DNA from: Actinomycetota bacterium
Lineage (GTDB): Bacteria; Actinomycetota; Coriobacteriia; Anaerosomatales; UBA912
Assembly: GCA_023488435.1 (NCBI GenBank)
Contig: JAMDCK010000022.1
Coordinates: 23,551-87,550 of the forward strand
Direction: 5' to 3'
DNA: 64,000 bases
Shown: in pieces, positions 46,863-55,911 of the stretch
How positions within the stretch are numbered: position 1 is the first letter of the stretch
Layout of the letters: each line of letters opens with the position of its first letter
The notes under the pieces: generated by a model
Database searches by the model: none
The model's input: the letters and a program-made list of their open reading frames with translations, nothing else
What the model was told of the DNA's origin: nothing
Program-made: the position numbers and the translations under genes

Positions 46863-48754
46863 CAGCTGCTCGGTGCCGGGTCGTAGTAGAAGAGCACGGT
46901 ACCGTACTCGACCGGCGTTGCGTCATCGACGCACACTTCCTTGATGACTCCGGATTCCTCGGCAGTGATCTCGTTCATGAGCTTCATGGCTTCCAGGATG
47001 CAAAGCGGCTGATTGACGCTGACGGCATCGCCGACGCTCACGAACTCAGGTGCGCCGGGTGACGGCGAGCGGTAGAAGGTGCCGACCATCGGGGCCGTGA
47101 CCTGCTTCCATGCCGAAGGGCGCTGGTCGCCGTTGGGCGAGGTGGCCGCAGCCAACACAGGTGCTGCCGAAGGAGCCGCCGCAGCCGCCGGTGCGGCTAC
47201 GACCGGGGCCGCCTCTTGTGCAGAAACCCCACCCTTGCGGATTGCGATCTTCGCGCCGCCCTCCTCGATGACAATCTCGCTGACATCCGATGCCTCGATG
47301 ATCTTCACGAGTTCCTTGATCTGGTTCACGTCCATGGACTGATCTCCCTCTTTGGCTGACTTGATCTCTTCGCCCATCATGAATACGGCGTTCTTCAGGC
47401 CGTCCTTGTTTGCGGTCAGGTAAGCGCGTGCCTCGTTCGGGAAGAGGGCGTACATGAGCACGTCCTCCTCGGATTTGGCCAGATCACCAATCTCGGCTTC
47501 GACGTCGGCGTATGTGGTTGTCGCCATCGAGCCCGGACGTACGTCCGGATCGAGCGGAGCTGTTCCGCAAAGAACCTTCGCCACGACATCTGGGTCCATC
47601 GGACCTGGCGCCCTGCCGTACAGACCGCGAATGTAATCCTTCATCTCCTGGGGCACGATGTTCCAGCGCTTGCCAGTGAGCACGTTGATGACAGCCTGTG
47701 TGCCGACGATCTGCGAGAGTGGCGTGACGAGCGGCGGATAGCCGACCTCTGCGCGGACTCTTGGGATCTCCGCAAGGACATCAGTCAGCCTATCGCTGGC
47801 GTTCTGCAGCTCCAGCTGACTAAGCAGGTTCGAGAGCATGCCTCCTGGCACCTGGTGGCTGAAGACCTCCATGTGCATGAGTGATGTCACACCGCGCTTG
47901 AAGTTATTGCGGATGCGGACATCCTCCCAGTACTCGGCGATCTCGAAGAGCAGCTCCAGGTCGATGCCTGTGTCGTACTTCGATTCCTTCAGAGCCGCGA
48001 CGATCATCTCCACCGCAGGCTGACTGTTCCCAAAGGCAAGCGCCACGACCGCTGTATCCACGATCTGCGCCCCGGCCTCAATGGCTTTGAGGTAGTTCAT
48101 GGGAGCCATTCCGCCGATGTAGTGGCAGTGCACCCGGATCGGAAGCCCGATCTCCTTCTTGAGTGCCGCGACCATCTTTTCGGTCCGAAACGGGGTGAGC
48201 ATTCCGGCCATATCCTTGATACCGATCAAATCAGCGCCGGCGTCTTTGAGCTCTTGAGCGTGCTCGATGTAGGAGTCCAAGGTGTGGACCGGGCTCACAG
48301 TGTAGCTGAGTGCGCCCTCGAACAGTCCCCCACACTCCTTGATCGCCTCGGCGGTCACCTGGACGTTTCGGATGTCGTTCAGGGCATCGAAGTTGCGGAA
48401 AACATCGATTCCGTTGCGCTTAGCGGCGAAGACGAACCTTCGGCAAAGGTCATCGGAGTAGTGCCTGTAGCCGACCAAGTTCTGGCCGCGGAGCAACATC
48501 TGCAGCGGAGTGTTCGGGCAATGCCGCTTGATGGCCCTCAGGCGATCCCAGGGGTTCTCGTCAAGGAAGCGCAGGGCCGCGTCGAATGTCGCGCCGCCCC
48601 AAACCTCGAGCGACCAATAACCGACCGAGTCCATCTTCTCGAGGATTGGCAGCATGTCGCCCAGACGCATCCGAGTCGCCCACAGGGACTGATGTGCGTC
48701 GCGCAAAGTGGTATCTGTGATGAAGACGCGTGCCATGCCGTGCTCCTTGCCCAA
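46862..48754 (-). CDS. Carboxyltransferase (oxaloacetate decarboxylase alpha / pyruvate carboxylase subunit B type) fused to a C-terminal biotinyl carrier domain
   Basis: N-terminus ITDTTLRDAHQSL (HMGL-like TIM barrel), Ala/Pro linker, C-terminal biotinylation motif CILEAMKLMNEI. Its stop overlaps the accC start by 1 nt. Confidence 0.9.
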   Translation of the reverse strand: MGKEHGMARVFITDTTLRDAHQSLWATRMRLGDMLPILEKMDSVGYWSLEVWGGATFDAALRFLDENPWDRLRAIKRHCPNTPLQMLLRGQNLVGYRHYSDDLCRRFVFAAKRNGIDVFRNFDALNDIRNVQVTAEAIKECGGLFEGALSYTVSPVHTLDSYIEHAQELKDAGADLIGIKDMAGMLTPFRTEKMVAALKKEIGLPIRVHCHYIGGMAPMNYLKAIEAGAQIVDTAVVALAFGNSQPAVEMIVAALKESKYDTGIDLELLFEIAEYWEDVRIRNNFKRGVTSLMHMEVFSHQVPGGMLSNLLSQLELQNASDRLTDVLAEIPRVRAEVGYPPLVTPLSQIVGTQAVINVLTGKRWNIVPQEMKDYIRGLYGRAPGPMDPDVVAKVLCGTAPLDPDVRPGSMATTTYADVEAEIGDLAKSEEDVLMYALFPNEARAYLTANKDGLKNAVFMMGEEIKSAKEGDQSMDVNQIKELVKIIEASDVSEIVIEEGGAKIAIRKGGVSAQEAAPVVAAPAAAAAPSAAPVLAAATSPNGDQRPSAWKQVTAPMVGTFYRSPSPGAPEFVSVGDAVSVNQPLCILEAMKLMNEITAEESGVIKEVCVDDATPVEYGTVLFYYDPAPSS

Positions 48755-48777
48755 TTAAGGATCGAACGTCCGGCCCG

Positions 48778-49338
48778 CTAGACGCGGGTGACGTAGCGCC
48801 CATCGCGTGTATCAATACGTAGCTTATCGCCGGTCTCGACAAAAAGCGGAACCTGCACCACGGCACCGGTCTCAAGTGTGGCCGGCTTGGTTCCGCCCTG
48901 GACCGTGTCGCCCTTGAATCCGGGATCGGTCTCCGTGACTTCGAGTTCAACGAACATCGGAGGCTCCACGCCCATATACTCGCCGTCTGCGGTGAGCATC
49001 TCAACCTCGTCGGTCTCGCGGAGCCACTTAGCCGCCGAGCCTACGAAATCGGAATCAAGCTCCACCTGCTCGTAGCTCTGCGCGTCCATGAAGTGGAACG
49101 TCACGCCATCTGAGTACAGGAACTGCATCTTCTTGTTCTCAACTCGGACGTCATCGAACTTCTCGCCAGCCCGAAACGTGTAATCAACGATCCGGCCGGA
49201 CTTGAGCTCCTTTAGCTTGGTGCGCACAAACGCACCTCCCTTACCGGGCTTGACGTGCTGGAACTCCACAATCACCCATCGCTTGCCTTCATGGACGATG
49301 CACATACCGTTCTTGAAATTGCTCGTAGATACCGCCAT
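48778..49338 (-). CDS. efp: Elongation factor P
   Basis: 186 aa. VKPGKGGAFVRTKLK carries the modified-Lys loop. Confidence 0.97.
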   Translation of the reverse strand: MAVSTSNFKNGMCIVHEGKRWVIVEFQHVKPGKGGAFVRTKLKELKSGRIVDYTFRAGEKFDDVRVENKKMQFLYSDGVTFHFMDAQSYEQVELDSDFVGSAAKWLRETDEVEMLTADGEYMGVEPPMFVELEVTETDPGFKGDTVQGGTKPATLETGAVVQVPLFVETGDKLRIDTRDGRYVTRV

Positions 49339-49362
49339 ATAGTCAGTACTTTCCTTCCAGGA

Positions 49363-50615
49363 TCAAAGCTCGAGGAGCTCACGCGGAGAACCGCTCAACA
49401 GGGTGTAACCCTCGGACTCCACAACAGCGAGGTCCTCTATTCTAACACCGCCAAGCCCCGGGATGTAGATACCAGGCTCCACAGTCACCACACTTCCCGT
49501 GAGCACAGCCGCCCTGCCGCGAGGGCTCACTGTAGGCAACTCATGAACCTCCAGCCCAACACCATGCCCTAGCCCGTGGCCGAAGCGTCCGGCAAACCCC
49601 GCCGATTCGATGACTTCGCGAGCCTTCGCGTCGATATCCTGGCCGCGCAGTCCACCTCGAAGCGCCTGCAAGCCGGCAGCGTGCGCCTCCAGTACGACCG
49701 CGTGAAGCTCCCTCTGCTGTTCCGACGCCTTGCCGATGACGACTGTCCGGGTCATGTCGGCGCAATAGCCATCGACTTTCGCTCCAAGGTCGATCGTCAC
49801 GAGATCCCCAAGCTCAAGCACCTTTTCCGAGGCGATCGCATGCGGCCTCGAGGAGTTCAGCCCGCTCGCCACGATGGGCGGGAATGCGAGGCCGTCGGCG
49901 CCCTCAGAGCGCATGAACGCCTCAATCTCCCAGGCGATCTCCCGCTCGGTAACTCCAACGCCCAAACGAGTGAGAATATGCTCGAAAGCGCGATCCGTGA
50001 GCTTGGCCGCTTGCTGGATTCGATCTAGCTCCTCAGGCTCCTTGACCTGACGCTGCTCCTCGATCCACTGGTCGATCATCTCAACATTGCCGTCGAAGCA
50101 CTCAGAGATGAAACGAAATCGTCCGTACGGCATCGAGGATTCGAGCGCGAGCGAACCGACTCCTGAACCTGCAAGTACGTCACACAATTCGACGTAAAGG
50201 GACTGGTCGACTGCGCGGACTGACCAGTCCGTGCCCACAGCGGCCTCAACGGCCGCCTCGGTGTACCGAGAGTCTGTGAATGCCTGGGCAATTGACTCTG
50301 TCACCAGACACGCAACGTTCGCGTGACTGAACCTGCAAGTACGTCACACAATTCGACGTAAAGGGACTGGTCGACTGCGCGGACTGACCAGTCCGTGCCC
50401 ACAGCGGCCTCAACGGCCGCCTCGGTGTACCGAGAGTCTGTGAATGCCTGGGCAATTGACTCTGTCACCAGACACGCAACGTTCGCGTGATCGTCGAAAA
50501 CACCCTCAAAGCCGGTGATGTATCGGATGTTGACCACATCAGTGACCACGATCGCTGGAATCCCAGAATCCGCAAGCCGCTTTCGGAGCAGTCCCAGCCT
50601 GCGGCCAGGGTTCAT
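49363..50615 (-). pseudogene. Xaa-Pro aminopeptidase/dipeptidase (M24B, PepP/PepQ type) disrupted by an internal 164-bp tandem duplication
   Basis: The 5' ORF runs from the ATG at 50615 ([26 protein letters not shown]...) and ends out of frame at 50301. The 3' ORF 49363-50304 carries the whole M24 catalytic domain (DLGAKVDGYCADMTR, HGLGHGVGLEVHE, TVEPGIY). Deleting one repeat unit restores a single 362-codon gene. Confidence 0.85.
50163..50490. repeat. Perfect head-to-tail tandem duplication, 2 x 164 bp (50163-50326 and 50327-50490)
   Basis: The units were compared base by base and are identical. The flanks differ at once (50162 c vs 50326 a; 50327 c vs 50491 t). 164 is not a multiple of 3. 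Confidence 0.97.
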
Positions 50616-51055
50616 CGGGCCACTCCAGCAGCCGCGATCGCAGCGTGGACGCCAAGGACATACGAATATGCCCCGAAGCCGCATATCTGTCCCGAGCACA
50701 CGGGAGCGATGACACTGCTTTTCCTGAAATCCTCTCTTGCGGAGATATTGCTCAGGTGGACCTCGACCACTGGCACCTTACAGCCAGCCACAGCATCCCT
50801 GATAGCGTAAGAATAGTGGGTGAAAGCTCCTGGATTGAACACGACGGCATCGTATCTGCCGACAGAATCCTGTAAGGCATCGATCAACGATCCCTCGTGA
50901 TTGGACTGGAAGAAGCCGACGTCCACGCCTAAGGCGCTGGCTTCCTGAGCCACTGTGGCTTCCACATCATCAAGGGTTACATTGCCGTAGACTTCAGGCT
51001 CACGGGTTCCCAGCGTGTTGAGATTCGGTCCGTTCAGTACTAGAACTCGCAACAT
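50612..51055 (-). CDS. aroQ: Type II 3-dehydroquinate dehydratase
   Basis: LNGPNLN..LG.REP..YG N-terminus, 147 aa. Confidence 0.93.
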   Translation of the reverse strand: MLRVLVLNGPNLNTLGTREPEVYGNVTLDDVEATVAQEASALGVDVGFFQSNHEGSLIDALQDSVGRYDAVVFNPGAFTHYSYAIRDAVAGCKVPVVEVHLSNISAREDFRKSSVIAPVCSGQICGFGAYSYVLGVHAAIAAAGVAR

Positions 51056-51079
51056 GACGCTCCCCCTGTTCGGTGAGGC

Positions 51080-52189
51080 TCACATGGACTTGTGGCGTTC
51101 GATATCGGCAGCCAGAAACGCATTCAGCTCGTCGGCAATAGTTCTCTCGTCTACCGGGACGACTACCCACGATCCGGGTTCGGTCGCAAAGACGAAGCGT
51201 ATCTCACCAGCGCGCACCTTCTTGTCGGACCGCATGGCATAGCGTACCGCATCGACGTCCAAATCGGCCAGAGCTGGACTCAGACCAAGTGCGTCGAGCA
51301 GGGCGACTTGCCTAGTGCCGAAGTGTTCGGAGGCCATGTCGAGCCGAACAGAGAGCCCTGCTGCGAACCTGAGTCCGGCTGCGACGGCAAGACCATGCGG
51401 AATGACGCCGTAACCAGCAACCTTCTCGATCGCGTGTGCCAAAGTGTGTCCAAGATTGAGGGATTCCCTGGGGCCAGCCTCGCGTTCGTCGGCTTGCACG
51501 ACCGAAGCCTTGGAGCGCACACAGTCGGCCACAACTTCCGTAAGAACCGCAGTCTCACCTGCAAGCAGACTCTTCGAGTCGCGCTCCAGCCGGGCCAGAA
51601 GCGATTCACCATCCAGGAATGCGGTCTTGACCACCTCCGCAAGTCCGCTCTTGAGCTCACTTTCCGGCAGCGTTGCGAGGAGCGCCGTGTCCGCGATGAC
51701 CGCCCGTGGCTGGACGAACACTCCGGCTAGGTTCTTCCCGGCAGCCAGATCCACCCCCGTCTTCCCGCCCACCGAAGAATCCACCTGGGACAGGAGTGTT
51801 GTGGGAATCTGGTAGTAGTCGATGCCTCGCATATAGACCCCGGCCGTGAAGCCTGCGATGTCGCCCACTACTCCGCCGCCGAAAGCGATGATCGCTTCAT
51901 CTCGCTCGACGCGTTCATGGGCCAGCTGCTCCAGTAGCCGACCGGCTAACTGCCAGTTCTTGGATTGCTCGCCGGGAGGTACCTGCATGACTGTGAACGA
52001 TATTCCTGCGCCTGCAAGCGACTTTTCGAGTACGGACCCGTGAATTTCGTATGCGGTCCGGTCGGCGATTATCGCGACTCTTGGTCGACGAAGAAGGTCA
52101 GCAAGGACGGGTCCCGTGGCGCCGAGCGCACCAGGGCCAACAAGAACCTCGTAGCTACCCCCTGAGCACTGGACTGGTACCACAATCAT
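51080..52189 (-). CDS. aroB: 3-dehydroquinate synthase
   Basis: GGGVVGD nucleotide motif, metal ligands in LNLGHTLAHAIE, 369 aa. Confidence 0.93.
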   Translation of the reverse strand: MIVVPVQCSGGSYEVLVGPGALGATGPVLADLLRRPRVAIIADRTAYEIHGSVLEKSLAGAGISFTVMQVPPGEQSKNWQLAGRLLEQLAHERVERDEAIIAFGGGVVGDIAGFTAGVYMRGIDYYQIPTTLLSQVDSSVGGKTGVDLAAGKNLAGVFVQPRAVIADTALLATLPESELKSGLAEVVKTAFLDGESLLARLERDSKSLLAGETAVLTEVVADCVRSKASVVQADEREAGPRESLNLGHTLAHAIEKVAGYGVIPHGLAVAAGLRFAAGLSVRLDMASEHFGTRQVALLDALGLSPALADLDVDAVRYAMRSDKKVRAGEIRFVFATEPGSWVVVPVDERTIADELNAFLAADIERHKSM

Positions 52190-52707
52190 GGCGTTGTCCT
52201 GTCCGAGAGCACCTTCAATGCGGTCTGGGCCACGTCAGAGATAGAAAGCCCACGAGTGTCGATGGTTGCGTCGGCAAGTGCGTCGTAGAGGCACTCGCGC
52301 GCAGCCAGTAGCGATGTGGCTGCCATGGAGCCCGCAGGGCCCGCAAGCAAGGGTCTGGTCGAAGTGTCGCCGATCCGGGCCAGCGCCTCCGCGGCATCGA
52401 CCTTGAGGTACAAGACCATGCCCATACGCTTCAGTGCCGCCCTGTTGGCAGCAGTGAGGACGACTCCCCCTCCGCACGCGACCACCGAAGGCGTCGAGTC
52501 TTGCAAAGCAATGAGTGCGTCGGTCTCCAACTGCCTGAACGCCACTTCACCCTGGGACTCAAAGATCTCAGGAATGGTGCGTCCGGCATTGGTGACAATG
52601 GACTCATCCAGATCGATGAAGGGAACGTCGAGATCCGCTGCCAGCAGTCGCCCAACGCTCGACTTGCCCGCCCCCATAAAGCCGATCAGGAACAGATGCC
52701 CTACCAT
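52186..52707 (-). CDS. aroK: Shikimate kinase
   Basis: Start refined to the ATG at 52707 (MVGHLFLIGFMGAGKSSVGR, Walker A). The track ORF's upstream 47 aa lie inside aroC. Confidence 0.9.
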   Translation of the reverse strand: MVGHLFLIGFMGAGKSSVGRLLAADLDVPFIDLDESIVTNAGRTIPEIFESQGEVAFRQLETDALIALQDSTPSVVACGGGVVLTAANRAALKRMGMVLYLKVDAAEALARIGDTSTRPLLAGPAGSMAATSLLAARECLYDALADATIDTRGLSISDVAQTALKVLSDRTTP

Positions 52708-53858
52708 GACTCGAGCCTCTGCAGGTAAGCGTGCTGTGCAACCTGGATGTCCATCAAGTTGTTTCCGCCGAAGGCTTCGATGTGCGCAGCAGCCAACACA
52801 AGGCACACCTCGGCTTCCGCAACCACAGCTGCTGCAGGGACCGCACACACGTCGGATCGCTCCTTGGAGGCGTCCACGATTGCGTGAGAGTCTATGTCGA
52901 CGGACGCTAGTGGCGTCATCAGTGTCGGAATCGGTTTCATCGCTGCGCGAACGACCAGCGGCTGTCCGTTGGTCATGCCACCTTCGAGACCGCCAGCGTG
53001 ATTGGTCAGCCGATGATAGCCCCGAGTAGCATTGTGATAGATCTCGTCGTGTACTTGGGATCCGACCTGCCCCGCCGAAGCGAACCCAGTGCCGAACTCG
53101 ACGCCCTTGATCGCCGGTATGGATATCACCGCTGCAGCCAATCGTGCGTCGAGACGCTGATCGGCCTGTGCGTACCCACCGAGTCCGGGCACAAGGCCCG
53201 TCGCAGTCACATAGAAGGTCCCGCCGAGGCTCTCCCCTGCGGCTTGAGCCTGATCGATAGCCACACGCATCCTGCCTGATGCCTCAGCATCCGGACAGCG
53301 CAGGTCACTACCCTCAACCACCTTGTGGTCAATAAGCTCGGGATTGAGAGGGGCTTGGATCGACACTTCGCCGACAGAAGCAACAAAGGAGTGAACCTCG
53401 ACTCCAAGTTGGCGGAGGAAGGCGCGTGCCACCGCGCCGGCTGCCACCCTAGCGGCAGTCTCTCTGGCACTTGCACGCTCAAGGATGTCGCGCACATCAC
53501 GGGTCCCGGTCTTCATGATGCCAGCTAGGTCTGCATGGCCGGGACGAGGAGCCTTCACTCGGGCTTCTTCGCGAAGATGGCCAGGTGCGGCCTGCATCAC
53601 ATCGGTCCAGTTGTCCCAGTCGCGATTGGCCACAGTCAGGGCGATAGGCGACCCAATAGTACTGCCAAGCCGCACCCCCGCCGAGATAAGCGCCCTGTCA
53701 CGCTCGATACGCATACGCCCGCCACGGCCGTAGCCGACTTGGCGGCGTGCTAGATCATGGTCGATCATTGCCTGATCGATGGGAATGCCAGCAGGGACGT
53801 CACTAATGATGGCAGTCAAGGCTCGTCCGTGGGACTCGCCGGCGGTGACATAGCGCAT
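52701..53858 (-). CDS. aroC: Chorismate synthase, intact
   Basis: [12 protein letters not shown]-terminus, GRSSARETA-like motif (ERASARETAARVAAG), 385 aa. Confidence 0.97.
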   Translation of the reverse strand: MRYVTAGESHGRALTAIISDVPAGIPIDQAMIDHDLARRQVGYGRGGRMRIERDRALISAGVRLGSTIGSPIALTVANRDWDNWTDVMQAAPGHLREEARVKAPRPGHADLAGIMKTGTRDVRDILERASARETAARVAAGAVARAFLRQLGVEVHSFVASVGEVSIQAPLNPELIDHKVVEGSDLRCPDAEASGRMRVAIDQAQAAGESLGGTFYVTATGLVPGLGGYAQADQRLDARLAAAVISIPAIKGVEFGTGFASAGQVGSQVHDEIYHNATRGYHRLTNHAGGLEGGMTNGQPLVVRAAMKPIPTLMTPLASVDIDSHAIVDASKERSDVCAVPAAAVVAEAEVCLVLAAAHIEAFGGNNLMDIQVAQHAYLQRLESW

Positions 53859-55065
53859 GGGGATTCTTCCTCCGAGCTTGGTTGGCTACTTGCCCACTGG
53901 AGTGATGACCCCTGGCTCATTCGGGTCAACTACCGCACCAACCCCGACTGCAAGTCTGATGGAGGCGTCACCATAGGCGAATGTAGCAGATCGATCGGCG
54001 ATACTCCGAACCATCCAGGGAGTACCAGCGATGGACTCTCCTGCGGCCAAGGTGTGGGTTACGCCGTTCAAGTCAACGACCACGTTTGGAACCCCATCCT
54101 CGACAACGATGTTGACGAGAGTCAGTCGATCGACCCCCGCAGTCCCCGTAGCTACGGCACCCGGGGTGACAGCTGCTGACGGTCGAATAACGGGCTTGAA
54201 GATATCCCTGAATGTGAATAGCTCCGACGAAGGTATCGCTGCAGGCTCAACGATCTCTTCGGGCACAGGCGTCGGTGACGTCTCGGCTGGCTGTTCCACA
54301 ATGACTTCGATCTCATCGAGGGCCTGCGCCTGCATCACATCGGTCCAGTTGTCCCAGTCGCGATTGGCCACAGTCAGGGCGATAGGCGACCCAATAGTAC
54401 TGCCAAGCCGCACCCCCGCCGAGATAAGCGCCCTGTCACGCTCGATACGCATACGCCCGCCACGGCCGTAGCCGACTTGGCGGCGTGCTAGATCATGGTC
54501 GATCATTGCCTGATCGATGGGAATGCCAGCAGGGACGTCACTAATGATGGCAGTCAAGGCTCGTCCGTGGGACTCGCCGGCGGTGACATAGCGCATGGGG
54601 ATTCTTCCTCCGAGCTTGGTTGGCTACTTGCCCACTGGAGTGATGACCCCTGGCTCATTCGGGTCAACTACCGCACCAACCCCGACTGCAAGTCTGATGG
54701 AGGCGTCACCATAGGCGAATGTAGCAGATCGATCGGCGATACTCCGAACCATCCAGGGAGTACCAGCGATGGACTCTCCTGCGGCCAAGGTGTGGGTTAC
54801 GCCGTTCAAGTCAACGACCACGTTTGGAACCCCATCCTCGACAACGATGTTGACGAGAGTCAGTCGATCGACCCCCGCAGTCCCCGTAGCTACGGCACCC
54901 GGGGTGACAGCTGCTGACGGTCGAATAACGGGCTTGAAGATATCCCTGAATGTGAATAGCTCCGACGAAGGTATCGCTGCAGGCTCAACGATCTCTTCGG
55001 GCACAGGCGTCGGTGACGTCTCGGCTGGCTGTTCCACAATGACTTCGATCTCATCGAGGGCCTGC
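53590..55065. repeat. Perfect head-to-tail tandem duplication, 2 x 738 bp (53590-54327 and 54328-55065)
   Basis: Identical track ORFs are offset by exactly 738 (53757-54179/54495-54917). The junction and flanks were read directly (53589 g vs 54327 c; 54328 g vs 55066 t). Confidence 0.95.
53886..54596 (-). CDS. Chimeric ORF created by the 738-bp duplication: AroC residues 1-90 fused in frame to residues 63-208 of the pilus-cluster protein
   Basis: 236 codons. The junction reads ...NWTDVMQA|[12 protein letters not shown].... It keeps the aroC ribosome-binding region but lacks the TM helix of the pilus-cluster parent. Expression is unknown. Confidence 0.6.
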   Translation of the reverse strand: MRYVTAGESHGRALTAIISDVPAGIPIDQAMIDHDLARRQVGYGRGGRMRIERDRALISAGVRLGSTIGSPIALTVANRDWDNWTDVMQAQALDEIEVIVEQPAETSPTPVPEEIVEPAAIPSSELFTFRDIFKPVIRPSAAVTPGAVATGTAGVDRLTLVNIVVEDGVPNVVVDLNGVTHTLAAGESIAGTPWMVRSIADRSATFAYGDASIRLAVGVGAVVDPNEPGVITPVGK

Positions 55066-55250
55066 TGGGCACGAGTCTCAAGAAAGTCCAGAACGAAGAA
55101 TGTGGCAGCTCCGGCCACAACAAAGAACAGAAGGACTGCTCCGATTATCAGGATCAGACTCTTGCGCGCGAAGCCTTTAGTAGCCGAAGCGTCCTGAGTC
55201 GCGCCGCTTGCTGAGTCCACCTTCATCTTATCTGTCATCATGTCGCCCAC
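54624..55250 (-). CDS. Bitopic pilus-cluster protein (PilP-like position), intact
   Basis: 208 aa with one TM (SLILIIGAVLLFFVVAGAATFFVL), a Pro/Glu linker and a beta-rich C-terminal domain. Directly follows pilM-pilN-pilO. The call is positional only. Confidence 0.55.
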   Translation of the reverse strand: MGDMMTDKMKVDSASGATQDASATKGFARKSLILIIGAVLLFFVVAGAATFFVLDFLETRAQQALDEIEVIVEQPAETSPTPVPEEIVEPAAIPSSELFTFRDIFKPVIRPSAAVTPGAVATGTAGVDRLTLVNIVVEDGVPNVVVDLNGVTHTLAAGESIAGTPWMVRSIADRSATFAYGDASIRLAVGVGAVVDPNEPGVITPVGK

Positions 55251-55270
55251 GTAAAGTCATCCTTCATCTC

Positions 55271-55894
55271 TCACTGGGCCGGTACCTCCGCAGGAGGAGC
55301 TTCAGCGGCTGGCGGGGTTGGTGCTAGGGAGTAGATCTCTAACTGCATGGTTACGTCAACTTCTTGCTCGGGAGCCGGGGCGCCCGGGGTAGGAGTAGCC
55401 TCAGTAGCCGGCTCAGCGTACGGTGTTACATCAAAGCTGACGATACGAACTTGCCTGACCACCCGTCTTAGGCGCTGGGTGAGGTCAATGATATCGGCCC
55501 ATTCGCCCCTGATCGTCACCGAGATACCGATGGTGCTAAATCCAAGGCCCCCATCAACGGGCAGGGTTGGTGAAAGCATGGAGAACTCCAAGCCAGATTC
55601 ATTGATGACATCTTGCAGTTCAATAATGAATGCAGGTAGTTCAGGGCTGGCAGGCAGCTGGTTTGAGAGACGTAGAAGCTGTGTCTCTGTCTGTGCAGAC
55701 TGTGCCTTGATTTCCTGTCGCTGCTCAAGCAGGAGTCGTGCAGCATCTGCCTCACCCTGCGCAGCTTGAACTTGGGATTCGATTTCTGCCAACCGAGTGA
55801 ACTGAGGTACGACGAGAAGTGCCACAATCAACACGGCGACAAGGACCATACCAACAACGATGGCTAGGAGCTTCTGTTTGGGCGTGAGTTTCAT
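55271..55894 (-). CDS. pilO: Type IV pilus assembly protein PilO
   Basis: N-terminal TM, coiled coil (EIESQVQAAQGEADAARLLLEQRQ), C-terminal ferredoxin-like region. Follows pilN. Confidence 0.75.
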   Translation of the reverse strand: MKLTPKQKLLAIVVGMVLVAVLIVALLVVPQFTRLAEIESQVQAAQGEADAARLLLEQRQEIKAQSAQTETQLLRLSNQLPASPELPAFIIELQDVINESGLEFSMLSPTLPVDGGLGFSTIGISVTIRGEWADIIDLTQRLRRVVRQVRIVSFDVTPYAEPATEATPTPGAPAPEQEVDVTMQLEIYSLAPTPPAAEAPPAEVPAQ

Positions 55895-55911
55895 CTCAGT
55901 GAAGCCTCATC

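Noticed and set aside
53590-54327. The GCCTGC hexamer at both the first and last 6 nt of the 738-bp unit as junction microhomology.
   Set aside because: For microhomology-mediated duplication, the unit start must match the sequence just after the unit end, or the left flank must match the unit end. Here the flanks read gtgcg / tgggc and do not match, so the hexamer recurrence inside the unit is coincidental.
37861-55065. Interpreting the repeated units as CRISPR arrays, IS elements, or integrase-mediated insertions.
   Set aside because: Each has only two copies, directly abutting with no spacers. There are no terminal inverted repeats, no transposase and no target-site duplications. The repeated DNA is ordinary local coding sequence.
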